Assembly: GCA_044223005.1 (NCBI GenBank)
Contig: JBGAML010000013.1
Span: 64,001 to 128,000, forward strand
From: Candidatus Eiseniibacteriota bacterium
Lineage (GTDB): Bacteria; Eisenbacteria; RBG-16-71-46
DNA: 64,000 nt
Direction of reading: 5' to 3'
Both the position numbers and the translations under genes were made by a program. Every line of letters starts with the position of its first letter. Position 1 is the first letter of the stretch. Below the pieces are notes generated by a model. That model did no database searches, was not told where the DNA came from, and saw nothing but the letters and a program-made list of their open reading frames with translations. Below, piece by piece: positions 49,194 to 57,982 of the stretch.

Positions 49194-49741
49194 ACCCCGT
49201 CGCCATCGCCGCCGTCGAGACCTCGAGCATCGCGCAGGGATTCGTGGTCGCCGACGCCATGATGAAGCAGGCCGAGGTCGAGATGCTCGCGGCCACCACG
49301 CTGTCGCCGGGGCGCTTCTGGATCCTCGTCGGCGGCGACGTCGCGGACGTCCGCGCGGCGCACCGGCGCGGCGTCGAGATCGCGGCCGACACGCTGCTCG
49401 ACGACCTGTTCATCCCGCAGCTGCACGAGGGCGTCATGGCCGCGCTGCGCGGCACGGTGACGCGCTCCGAGGACGACTCGCTCGGCATCCTCGAGACGCT
49501 GAGCGCGGCCTCGGCCATCGTGGCGGCGGACACCGCGGCCAAGGCGGCTCGCATCACGCTGCGCGACGTGCGACTCGCGAACGGGATCGGCGGCAAGGGG
49601 GTCGTGACGCTGTCCGGTGACGTGAGCGACGTGCAGGCGGGCGTCGAGGCCGGGCGCGAGTACGCACGCAAGAAGGGCCTGCTGGCGCGTGCCGTCGTCA
49701 TCCCGCGGCTCGATCCGCGACTGCGCGCGCGGCTCGGCTGA
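49190..49741 (+). CDS. BMC-T single-layer pseudohexamer (PduT-like)
   Basis: ETSSIAQG..DAMMKQA, SPGRF, FIPQLH, SLGILET, RLANGIGGKG; ATGA overlap. Confidence 0.9.
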   Translation: MNPVAIAAVETSSIAQGFVVADAMMKQAEVEMLAATTLSPGRFWILVGGDVADVRAAHRRGVEIAADTLLDDLFIPQLHEGVMAALRGTVTRSEDDSLGILETLSAASAIVAADTAAKAARITLRDVRLANGIGGKGVVTLSGDVSDVQAGVEAGREYARKKGLLARAVVIPRLDPRLRARLG

Positions 49742-50025
49742 TGCTCTTCGCGCGGGTGATCGGGACGGTCGTCGCGACCGAGAAGGTGAAGGCCTGGAAG
49801 GGCTCGCGGCTCCTGCTGGTGCAGGGCTGCGATGCCGCCGGCACGCCCGGCTCGGGCCGCCCGTTCGCGGCCGTCGACCTCGTCTCCGCCGCGCCCGGGC
49901 AGCTGGTGTTCGTCGTGCGCGGCCGCGAGGCCGCCGTCGCGCTCGCGAATCCCGAGAATCCCGCCGACGCCGCCATCGTGGGGCTCGTGGACCAGGTCCG
50001 CGAGGCTCCCGGGGCCACCCGCTGA
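49741..50025 (+). CDS. BMC-P vertex pentamer 2
   Basis: MLFARVIGTVVATEK, GREAA, DAAIVGLVD; TGATG coupling. Confidence 0.92.
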   Translation: MLFARVIGTVVATEKVKAWKGSRLLLVQGCDAAGTPGSGRPFAAVDLVSAAPGQLVFVVRGREAAVALANPENPADAAIVGLVDQVREAPGATR

Positions 50026-50318
50026 TGTTCCTCGCCCGTGTCGTGGGGGAGGTCGTCGCGACCATCAAGCACCCGCACCTCGCGGCGCAGCGCCTGCTGC
50101 TCGTGCAGCCCGAACCGACTCCCGGGCGGCCACAGCCGGCCAGCGTCATCGCGGTGGACACGGTCGACTCCGGCATCGGGGACCGTGTCCTGGTCGCGGA
50201 CGAGGGCAATGCGGCCGCCCAGGTGCTCCGGAAGGCCCGCGGACCGGTCCGGACGGTGATCGTCGGCGTGGTGGACGCGGTCGAGGCCGGGGGCACCGAC
50301 CCCGGCCGGGCGGGCTGA
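50025..50318 (+). CDS. BMC-P vertex pentamer 3
   Basis: MFLARVVGEVVATIKH, AVDTVDSGIGDRVL, EGNAA, IVGVVD; TGATG coupling. Confidence 0.92.
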   Translation: MFLARVVGEVVATIKHPHLAAQRLLLVQPEPTPGRPQPASVIAVDTVDSGIGDRVLVADEGNAAAQVLRKARGPVRTVIVGVVDAVEAGGTDPGRAG

Positions 50319-50376
50319 CGGGGACTTTACGTACGGCCGCAACGCATTTATGTTCTGCGGCCATTGGGAGGTCGAC

Positions 50377-50604
50377 ATGCCGCTCTACGAGTACCGCTGC
50401 ACCGCATGCCGGCATGCCTTCGAGTCACTCGTGAACCGCTGGGATTCCCCGGCGCCGGCGTGCCCGCAGTGCGGGGCGGCCCAGGCGCAGCGGCAGCTCA
50501 GCGTGTTCGCGGTGGCGTCGGCGTCGCCCAGGGAGCAGCTTCCCTGCGGCGAAACCGGGTCGTGCGGGGCCGGTGGTTGTGCGTGCCGGGCCGCGGCGAA
50601 TTGA
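50377..50604 (+). CDS. FmdB-family zinc-ribbon protein
   Basis: MPLYEYRCTACRHAFE..CPQCG..LSVF, Cys-rich tail; GGGAGG SD. Confidence 0.88.
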   Translation: MPLYEYRCTACRHAFESLVNRWDSPAPACPQCGAAQAQRQLSVFAVASASPREQLPCGETGSCGAGGCACRAAAN

Positions 50605-50632
50605 GTCGGTCGGTTCAACCGGGAGGGGCGCA

Positions 50633-50938
50633 ATGACCAAAGCGGATCTGGTGGAGGAAATCGCGCAGCAGACCGGTGTCTCCAGGAATCACACGGCGAT
50701 CATCGTGGACGGGCTGCTCGATTCGGTGTGCCGGGCGTTGAGCGACGGCAAGCACCTCGAGATTCGTGGTTTCGGGACATTCAAGGTTCGGGAGCGCCGC
50801 GCCCGCCGCGCGCGCAACCCGCGGAGCGGCACGGAAGTCCTGGTGCCTGCGAAGCTGGTTCCCGTGTTCAAGCCCAGTCGCGAGCTCAAGGCGCTCGTGC
50901 TGGAGCAGGCCAACCAGGAACAGACGGTCGGCAGCTGA
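50633..50938 (+). CDS. HU/IHF-family DNA-binding protein (IHF-beta-like)
   Basis: MTKADLVEEIA, LEIRGFGTF, RNPRSG, VPVFKPS. Confidence 0.93.
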   Translation: MTKADLVEEIAQQTGVSRNHTAIIVDGLLDSVCRALSDGKHLEIRGFGTFKVRERRARRARNPRSGTEVLVPAKLVPVFKPSRELKALVLEQANQEQTVGS

Positions 50939-50959
50939 GGCCGCACACGAGGAGCAGGA

Positions 50960-51055
50960 ATGGGTTCTGGAAAGAAGCGGAAGCGCAAGAAGATCGCGAC
51001 CCACAAGCGTAAGAAGCGTCTCCGGAAGAATCGCCATAAGAAGCGCATCCGCTAG
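50960..51055 (+). CDS. Small basic protein, bS22 / AURKAIP1-COX24 (mS38-like) ribosomal protein; absent from the ORF track
   Basis: MGSGKKRKRKKIATHKRKKRLRKNRHKKRIR* with GAGGAG SD. Confidence 0.9.
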   Translation: MGSGKKRKRKKIATHKRKKRLRKNRHKKRIR

Positions 51056-51206
51056 GCCCTTTCCGGACGCCGAACCGGTCCGTCGTCTCCTCGGCCGCGC
51101 GCACTTTGCGCGCGGCCGTTGGAGCTTCGACCCTTCGCGGCGCTGGCCGGGAGGTGTCCGCGAGCTTCGCTGGAAAGCCGCCCTCGCACCCGAGGACGGC
51201 GATTTC

Positions 51207-52805
51207 GTGATCGCCGAAGTGCCGGATTTCGACGGTCCGGCATGGCTGGTCGAGGTGCTCGGGGCGGACGATCGCCCGGAGTGGGACGACCACGCGATCG
51301 CGTCGCAGCACCGGCTGCGCACCCGGTATCCGCGCGCGGCCGAGGCGGAAGCGGCGACCTTCGGCGAGCCGGGCGAGCGCGAGTTCGCCGGCCGGCTGGA
51401 CCTGCGCGAGCGGCTCGTCCTCACGATCGATCCCGCCGACGCCCGTGACCACGACGACGCGCTGTCCGTGCGCTCGCTCGGGCACGGCCGGTGGGAGGTC
51501 GGCATCCACATCGCCGACGTCGGTTGGTACGTGCGCGAGGGCGGTGCGATCGACGCCGAGGCGCGCGAGCGCGGCACCTCCGTGTACCTGCCGGGCGGCG
51601 CGATCCCGATGCTGCCGGAACGGCTGTCGGCCGACCTCTGCTCGCTGCGCGACGGCGTCGACCGCCTGGCGCTCTCGGTGCTCGCGGTGATCGACGAAGA
51701 GGGCGTGCTGCACGAATACCGCTTCGCCGAGACCGTGATCCGCAGCCGCGCGAGCCTGGCCTACGAACAGGTCGAGGACGCGCTGCACGGCGGCGCGCCG
51801 CTGCCGCACGGGCAGCAGGAGGCGGTGCGCCATCTCATGGAACTCGCGCGGCGGCTGCGTGCGCGCCGGCACACCGTCGGAGCGCTCGCGATCGAGTCGC
51901 CCGAGGTGAAGGCCGTCGTCGACGCCTCCGGCCAGGTGTTGCGCATCGAGCGCCGGCCGCACCTCGAGAGCCACGAACTCGTCGAGGAGTTCATGCTGCT
52001 CGCGAACCGCTGCGTGGGCGAGGCCGGCGCGGTGCGCGGCGCCGGCATGCTCTGGCGGGTGCACGAACCGCCGGCGGAGCGCAAGCTCGAGGAGCTGGAC
52101 GCCATGCTGCGTGCCCTGGGCCTGCCGCGACTGGGCTCGCCGGCCGAGCCGCACCGGGCGCTGCAGGCGCTGCTCGCCGTGCCGCTCGATGCGGCCCGCA
52201 AGCGGCTCGTCCACCGCCTGGCGCTGCGGTCGCTCACGCGCGCCCGTTATGCCGAGCGGGATCTCGGGCACTTCGGCCTCGCGACCCGGGAGTACTGCCA
52301 TTTCACGTCGCCGATCCGGCGCTATCCCGACCTGCATGTCCATCGGCGCGTGCGCGAGTGGATCCGCGGCGGGAAGGATGCCGCGTGGGATCCGGTCGCG
52401 AACGCGGCGCTCGCCGCCGCATGCAGTGCCGCCGAACAGAATGCCACCGAGGCCGAACGCGACGCCGTCCGGGTCAAGGGGCTCCGCCATCTCGAGACGA
52501 GACTCGGCGAGCGTGCTTCGGGTAGTATCTCGGGAATCCATACCAAGGGCTTCTTCGTCGAGCTGGACGACGTTCCGGTGGACGGCTTCGTACGCGTGCA
52601 CCCGGATCTCGGCGACCGCTTCGACCTCGATCCTTCCGGCGTGCGGCTGGTGGGACGCAGGACGCGCAGGCGGTTCACGCTCGGCGATGCCGTGGACGTG
52701 ATCGTGGCGCGCGTGGACGTGCCGGCGCGCGAATGTGACTTCGCACTGGTGGTGGCGGAATCGCGGCGGGGCCGCCGCGGACAACGGAGGGACGGATGGC
52801 GGTGA
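51207..52805 (+). CDS. rnr: RNase R/RNase II (RNB) family exoribonuclease, N-terminally short; start uncertain
   Basis: TIDPADARDHDDALS, RGTSVYLP, EEFMLLAN, HFTSPIRRYPDL, C-terminal S1. First in-frame GTG after the bS22-like gene is at 51207. Confidence 0.8.
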   Translation: MIAEVPDFDGPAWLVEVLGADDRPEWDDHAIASQHRLRTRYPRAAEAEAATFGEPGEREFAGRLDLRERLVLTIDPADARDHDDALSVRSLGHGRWEVGIHIADVGWYVREGGAIDAEARERGTSVYLPGGAIPMLPERLSADLCSLRDGVDRLALSVLAVIDEEGVLHEYRFAETVIRSRASLAYEQVEDALHGGAPLPHGQQEAVRHLMELARRLRARRHTVGALAIESPEVKAVVDASGQVLRIERRPHLESHELVEEFMLLANRCVGEAGAVRGAGMLWRVHEPPAERKLEELDAMLRALGLPRLGSPAEPHRALQALLAVPLDAARKRLVHRLALRSLTRARYAERDLGHFGLATREYCHFTSPIRRYPDLHVHRRVREWIRGGKDAAWDPVANAALAAACSAAEQNATEAERDAVRVKGLRHLETRLGERASGSISGIHTKGFFVELDDVPVDGFVRVHPDLGDRFDLDPSGVRLVGRRTRRRFTLGDAVDVIVARVDVPARECDFALVVAESRRGRRGQRRDGWR

Positions 52806-53341
52806 AGAAGGCGAACCGGCGGCACGAACGGCGCGAACGGACGCGCGTGGACGCGCGGCTCAGCATGCGAGTCGAAGGCGCGGCGGACGGCGCGAATGCG
52901 CAGGTCGTGACGGAGAGCCAGAACATCTCCGCCAGCGGCGTCTACTGCATGAGCTCGCACTTCCTGCCGCCCCTCTCGAAGGTCCAGCTGACGATCGTGC
53001 TCCCGAAGATCCCCGGCACCAAGCGCGCGCAGGAGCTGCTCAAGTGCGACGGCATCGTGGTGCGCTGCGAGGCCTCGGCCGCGCGCCGGCCGGATTCGCG
53101 CTACCAGCTCGCGTGCATGTTCGCGAACACGGCGCCGACGATGCGCGAGCGCATCGAGGAGTTCGTGACGTGGCGGAACCTGCAGGCGCTCCGCGCCGCG
53201 GTCTCGCCGCGACGGACGGCCGGCGCCGCCGCCTCGGGAGCGAAGAAGAAGGCCGTGCGCTCGACCGGGACGGCCCGGCGCAAGGTCGCCGTGCGGGCGT
53301 CGAGCGGTCGCGGCACCGGGGCGCGCCGCAGCGCCCGATGA
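52796..53341 (+). CDS. PilZ-domain (c-di-GMP receptor-like) protein with a basic tail
   Basis: ERRERTR (RxxxR) and NISASG (D/NxSxxG); GGAGG SD. Confidence 0.8.
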   Translation: MAVKKANRRHERRERTRVDARLSMRVEGAADGANAQVVTESQNISASGVYCMSSHFLPPLSKVQLTIVLPKIPGTKRAQELLKCDGIVVRCEASAARRPDSRYQLACMFANTAPTMRERIEEFVTWRNLQALRAAVSPRRTAGAAASGAKKKAVRSTGTARRKVAVRASSGRGTGARRSAR

Positions 53342-54663
53342 CGTCGCGTCGCGGGCCCAGCGTGTGCCGGGCCCGCGTTCCCTCGGGACGCTTCGCGCCG
53401 CCGGGCGACAAGTCGGTCACGCACCGCGCCGCGCTGTTCGGCCTGCTGGCCGGCGGCGTGACGCGCATCGTGCGCCCGAATCCCGGCGAGGACTGCGGTC
53501 GCTCGCTCGCGGCCGCCGCCGCGTGGGGCGCCGAGGTCGCGCGCGCGGGTGACGACTGGAGCGTTCGCGGCGTCGGCATGCGCCCACGGGCGGCGGAGCG
53601 CGACCTCGACTGCGGCAACTCGGGCACGTCGATCCGGCTGCTCGCCGGCATCGCCGCGGGCCAACCGTTCGAGACGCGGCTCTTCGGCGACGCCTCGCTG
53701 CAGCGGCGCCCGATGGCGCGCGTGCTCGAGCCGCTCGCGGCGATGGGCGCGCGGGTGCGATCGGACGCCGGAGGCCGGCCGCCGATCGCGATCGCGGGCG
53801 GGACGCTGCGCGGCATCGACTACGTCGTGCCGGTCGCGAGCGCGCAGGTGGCGACGTGCGTACTGCTCGCGGGGCTCTTCGCCGACGGTGCGACGACCGT
53901 GCGGCTGCCGGGGCCCGCGCGTGACCACACGGAGCGCATGCTGCCGGCGTTCGGCGTGCCGCTCGTCGTGACGCCGGCGGCCCGCGGTGGGCGCGTCGTG
54001 CGGCTCGAGCCGGGCGCGCGCCTCGTGGCCCGCGACGTCGAGGTGCCGGGCGACTTCTCGTCGGCGGCCTTCCTGCTCGCGGCGGCCGCGGCCGAGCCGG
54101 GCGCGTGCGTGACGGCGACGGACGTGAGCCTCAACCCGACGCGCACGGGCCTGCTGGACGTGCTCGCGGCGATGGGGGCCGAACCGGCGATCGCGAACCG
54201 CCGCGACGTCGCGGGCGAGCCGGTCGGCGACGTGACCGTGACCGGGCCCGAATCGCTGCGGGCGTTCGACGTGCCGGCCGAGTGGGTCCCGCGCCTGGTG
54301 GACGAAGTCCCCGCGTGGATCGTGCTCGCCAGCGCCGCGCGCGGCACGTCGCGCGTGACGGGCGCGAGCGAGCTGCGGGTGAAGGAGAGCGATCGCATCG
54401 TCGCGCTCGCGCGCAACCTCGCGGCGACGGGCATCGCGGCGCGCGAGCTGCCCGACGGGCTCGAGGTCGACGGTGGCGAGCCGCGCGGCGCGCGGATCGA
54501 AGCACACCTCGACCACCGCATCGTGATGGCGTTCGCGGCGCTCGGCGCGCGCACGCGCGAACCGATGACGTTCGACGACGTGAGCAGCGTCGAGACCTCG
54601 TTCCCCGGGTTCTTCGACGTGCTCGCCGGCCTGGGGGCGGGCGTCGGGGAGGAGGCCGCGTGA
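53338..54663 (+). CDS. aroA: 3-phosphoshikimate 1-carboxyvinyltransferase
   Basis: PGDKSVTHRA, DCGNSGT, RDHTERML, ELRVKESDRI, DHRI. Confidence 0.95.
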   Translation: MTSRRGPSVCRARVPSGRFAPPGDKSVTHRAALFGLLAGGVTRIVRPNPGEDCGRSLAAAAAWGAEVARAGDDWSVRGVGMRPRAAERDLDCGNSGTSIRLLAGIAAGQPFETRLFGDASLQRRPMARVLEPLAAMGARVRSDAGGRPPIAIAGGTLRGIDYVVPVASAQVATCVLLAGLFADGATTVRLPGPARDHTERMLPAFGVPLVVTPAARGGRVVRLEPGARLVARDVEVPGDFSSAAFLLAAAAAEPGACVTATDVSLNPTRTGLLDVLAAMGAEPAIANRRDVAGEPVGDVTVTGPESLRAFDVPAEWVPRLVDEVPAWIVLASAARGTSRVTGASELRVKESDRIVALARNLAATGIAARELPDGLEVDGGEPRGARIEAHLDHRIVMAFAALGARTREPMTFDDVSSVETSFPGFFDVLAGLGAGVGEEAA

Positions 54664-55352
54664 ACTTCGTGGTGACGATCGACGGCCCGTCGGCCGCGGG
54701 CAAGAGCACCACGGCGCGCGCGCTCGCGGAGCGGCTCGGGATCCGCGTGCTCGATACGGGCGCCTTCTACCGCGCCCTCGCGCTCGGCGTGCAGCAGCGC
54801 GGCGTGCCGCTCGACCAGGCCGAGCGCGTGGCGCAGGTGGCGCGCGAGTCGCGCATCGATTTCGAGGGCTCGCCCTCGCGGCCCCACGTCCTGCTCGATG
54901 GCGTGGACGTGACGTCCGAGATCCGCAGCCCCGAGATCAGCGAGGCGGCCTCGCGCGTCGCGGCGATCCCGGACGTGCGCCGGCAGCTCGTCGAGTGGCA
55001 GCGCCAGATGGCGGACGCCGGCCCGCTGGTGGGCGAGGGCCGCGACCTCGGGACGGTGGTCTTCCCGGACGCGGCGGTGAAGATCTTTCTCGATGCCGAC
55101 CTCGACACCCGCGCCGGGCGGCGCTGCCGCGAACTGCAGGCGCGCGGCATCGCGGTCAGCCGCGACGCGGTCCGCGAAGACCTCGCGCGGCGCGACGAAC
55201 GCGACCGGACGCGCTCGGACAGCCCGCTGCGCCCCGCCGAGGGCGCCCGGATCGTCGACACCTCGGGGATGGACCTCGAGGCGCAGGTGGAGGCCGTCCT
55301 GGCGGTCGTGCGAGCCCATCCGCACTGCCCGGCGGAGGTTCCCCCGCGGTAG
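54660..55352 (+). CDS. cmk: Cytidylate kinase
   Basis: TIDGPSAAGKST, DTGAFYR, EGRDLGTVVFPDA. Confidence 0.95.
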   Translation: MNFVVTIDGPSAAGKSTTARALAERLGIRVLDTGAFYRALALGVQQRGVPLDQAERVAQVARESRIDFEGSPSRPHVLLDGVDVTSEIRSPEISEAASRVAAIPDVRRQLVEWQRQMADAGPLVGEGRDLGTVVFPDAAVKIFLDADLDTRAGRRCRELQARGIAVSRDAVREDLARRDERDRTRSDSPLRPAEGARIVDTSGMDLEAQVEAVLAVVRAHPHCPAEVPPR

Positions 55353-55416
55353 GATGGAGGGCCCGGGGGCACCCCCGGCGGGCCGGCCGCGCCGGCCTTC
55401 CCGACTAGGAGAATCC

Positions 55417-56064
55417 TTGGGATTCGCGTATAGTGCTTCGCGCTTGTTGCTCGATGGCCTCGTGGGGGCCGTGAGCGGCTGGAAGGTGGAGGGCCGGGAG
55501 CACATCCCGCGCTCGGGCGGCCTCATCGTCGCCTCGAACCACATCTCGTTCTACGATCCGCCGTTCATCGGTACCGCCGCGGTGCGGGAGCTGCACTACC
55601 TCGCCAAGGAGGAGTTGTTCCGCCCGCCCGTGTTCGGCTCGCTCATCCGCGCGTTCAACGCCATTCCGATCCGGCGTGGGATGGTGGACCTGAGCGGACT
55701 CACACGTGCCATCGAGGTCCTCAAGTCGGGCCGTGCGCTCATCATGTTCCCGGAAGGGAGCCGGATGCGCGACGGCGAGCTCCATCCGGCGCGCCCCGGC
55801 GTCGGGATGCTGGCGGTGGGCGCGGATGCGCGCATCGTTCCGTGCTTCATCTCGGGGAGCGACCGGCCGAACCAATGGGTGCTGCGTCGTGGCACGCTCC
55901 GGGTGTCGTTCGGCCCGGTGAAGACGTGGCGGGAGCTGGCCGGTGATCTCGCGGACCAGCCGCCCGGACGGGCGCTCTACCAGGGCGTCGCGGACGGGGT
56001 GATGCGCGAGATCGCGGCGCTGAAGGCGGCGCAACTGAACAAGGCTTCACGCGGAGCGGCTTGA
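55417..56064 (+). CDS. plsC: 1-acyl-sn-glycerol-3-phosphate acyltransferase
   Basis: NHISFYD (HX4D), FPEGSR; AGGAGA SD before TTG 55417 (alternative ATG at 55354). Confidence 0.88.
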   Translation: MGFAYSASRLLLDGLVGAVSGWKVEGREHIPRSGGLIVASNHISFYDPPFIGTAAVRELHYLAKEELFRPPVFGSLIRAFNAIPIRRGMVDLSGLTRAIEVLKSGRALIMFPEGSRMRDGELHPARPGVGMLAVGADARIVPCFISGSDRPNQWVLRRGTLRVSFGPVKTWRELAGDLADQPPGRALYQGVADGVMREIAALKAAQLNKASRGAA

Positions 56065-56105
56065 TCCGCTCCCATATCTCAATATCGCAGGAGGCTTCTG
56101 TCCCC

Positions 56106-57908
56106 ATGCTGGAAACCACGGAGAACCACCCCAACCCCGCTGCGCAGGTTCGGCGGGCACCCGCCCTTCCGCTCGTCCCGATCAACTACGACGACGAGGA
56201 AGAACTCACCCTCGAACAGCGCGAAGCGATGTTCGGGCAGTACGAAGAGTCGATGCGTGCGATCGGCGAAGGCGAGATCGTGCGCGGCACGGTGCTGTCC
56301 ATCGACGAGAAGGACGTGCTCGTCGACGTCGGCTTCAAGTCCGAAGGCATCATCTCGCTGAGCGAGTTCCCGGACCCCACGAGCATCAAGGTCGGTGACA
56401 TCCTCGAGGTGTTCCTCGAGAAGATGGAGAACCAGGACGGCCTCGTCGTCCTCTCCAAGCAGCGCGCCGACTTCGTCCGCGTCTGGGATCGGGTGAAGGA
56501 AGCCCACGACAACGGCCAGGTGGTCGAGGGCAAGCTCATCCGCAAGATCAAGGGCGGTGTGGTGGTCGATCTCTACGGGGTCGAGGCATTCCTGCCCGGC
56601 TCGCAGATCGCCCTGCGCCAGGTCCAGAACGTCGACGCCCTGCTGGGCCAGACGGTCTCGGTCAAGATCATCAAGCTGAACAAGCGCCGCCGGAACATCG
56701 TGGTGTCGCGCCGCGCCGTCCTCGAAGAGGAGCGCGACCGCATGAAGAGCACGATCCTCAAGGACCTGGCGAAAGACCAGATCCGCGAGGGCGTGGTCAA
56801 GAACATCACCGACTTCGGCGCGTTCGTGGACCTCGGCGGCATCGACGGCCTGCTCCACATCACGGACATGTCGTGGGGCCGCGTGCAGCACCCGTCCGAG
56901 CTGGTCAAGATCGGCGACAAGGTGCGCGTGAAGGTCCTCAACTTCGACCCGGAGAAGGAGCGCATCTCGCTCGGCCTGAAGCAGCTCGAGGCCTATCCCT
57001 GGGAAGGCGTCGAGGAGAAGTACAAGGTCGGCGACCGCATCAAGGGCAAGGTCGTTTCGATCACGGACTACGGCGCATTCGTCGAGCTCGAGAAGGGCAT
57101 CGAAGGTCTCATCCACGTGTCCGAGATGTCGTGGACGCGCCACGTGCGGCACCCCTCGAAGGTCGTCAACATCGGCGACATCATCGAGGCGGTCGTGCTC
57201 AAGGTGGACAAGGGCAACGAGAAGATCTCGCTCGGCCTCAAGCAGGTGGAGCCGGATCCGTGGCTCACGCTCGACCTCAAGTACCCGCCGGGCATGCGCG
57301 TCAAGGGCAAGGTCCGCAACCTGACCAACTTCGGCGCGTTCGTCGAGCTCGAAGAGGGCATCGACGGCCTGGTGCACGTCTCCGACATGTCGTGGACCAA
57401 GCGCGTCGCGCACCCGAGCGAAGTGCTCAAGAAGGGTGACGCGGTCGAGGTCGTGGTCCTGTCGATCGACAAGGAGCACCGCCGCATCAGCCTGGGCCTG
57501 AAGCAGGTCTCCGAGGATCCGTGGCCGCAGCTGGCCGACCGCTTCCCGGCGAACATGGAGCTGACGGGTACCGTCAACCGCCTGTTCGACCGTGGCGCGA
57601 TCGTGGACCTCGGCGAGGGCATCGAGGGCTTCATTCCGCTCTCGCAGCTCGGCATCGACGACCTCAAGCGCCCGAACGATTCCTTCGAGGTCGGCGAGTC
57701 GCTGACCATGAAGGTGACGCGCGTGGACGTGCCGAACCACCGGCTCATCCTCAGCGTCAAGGCGTGGCTCACCGACCAGGACGACATCGCCCTGGCCGAG
57801 TGGACCTCCAAGCGCAACCAGGTGCGCGCGCGCATCGCGGCCAATCCGCCGGCCGAGGATCCCGCGGCGCCCCGGGTGAAGGAAGACGACGTGCCGGTGG
57901 ACGAGTAG
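56106..57908 (+). CDS. rpsA: 30S ribosomal protein S1
   Basis: Six S1 repeats (DFGAFVDLGGIDGLLHITDMSW etc.); AGGAGG SD; follows cmk-plsC. Confidence 0.97.
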   Translation: MLETTENHPNPAAQVRRAPALPLVPINYDDEEELTLEQREAMFGQYEESMRAIGEGEIVRGTVLSIDEKDVLVDVGFKSEGIISLSEFPDPTSIKVGDILEVFLEKMENQDGLVVLSKQRADFVRVWDRVKEAHDNGQVVEGKLIRKIKGGVVVDLYGVEAFLPGSQIALRQVQNVDALLGQTVSVKIIKLNKRRRNIVVSRRAVLEEERDRMKSTILKDLAKDQIREGVVKNITDFGAFVDLGGIDGLLHITDMSWGRVQHPSELVKIGDKVRVKVLNFDPEKERISLGLKQLEAYPWEGVEEKYKVGDRIKGKVVSITDYGAFVELEKGIEGLIHVSEMSWTRHVRHPSKVVNIGDIIEAVVLKVDKGNEKISLGLKQVEPDPWLTLDLKYPPGMRVKGKVRNLTNFGAFVELEEGIDGLVHVSDMSWTKRVAHPSEVLKKGDAVEVVVLSIDKEHRRISLGLKQVSEDPWPQLADRFPANMELTGTVNRLFDRGAIVDLGEGIEGFIPLSQLGIDDLKRPNDSFEVGESLTMKVTRVDVPNHRLILSVKAWLTDQDDIALAEWTSKRNQVRARIAANPPAEDPAAPRVKEDDVPVDE

Positions 57909-57932
57909 TCCATTCGCGTCGGCTGTTCGGCG

Positions 57933-57958
57933 GCCGGACCGTGGCGACACGGTCCGGC
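57933..57958 (+). terminator. Hairpin after rpsA (no U-tract)
   Basis: 11-bp perfect stem GCCGGACCGTG/CACGGTCCGGC with GCGA loop. Confidence 0.6.
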
Positions 57959-57982
57959 GGGGCGGGGCTATCCTCGCGCGCC

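Noticed and set aside
46820..50318. Calling the BMC an ethanolamine or propanediol utilisation locus, or a carboxysome
   Set aside because: No eutBC, pduCDE, glycyl-radical enzyme, Rubisco or carbonic anhydrase in the window
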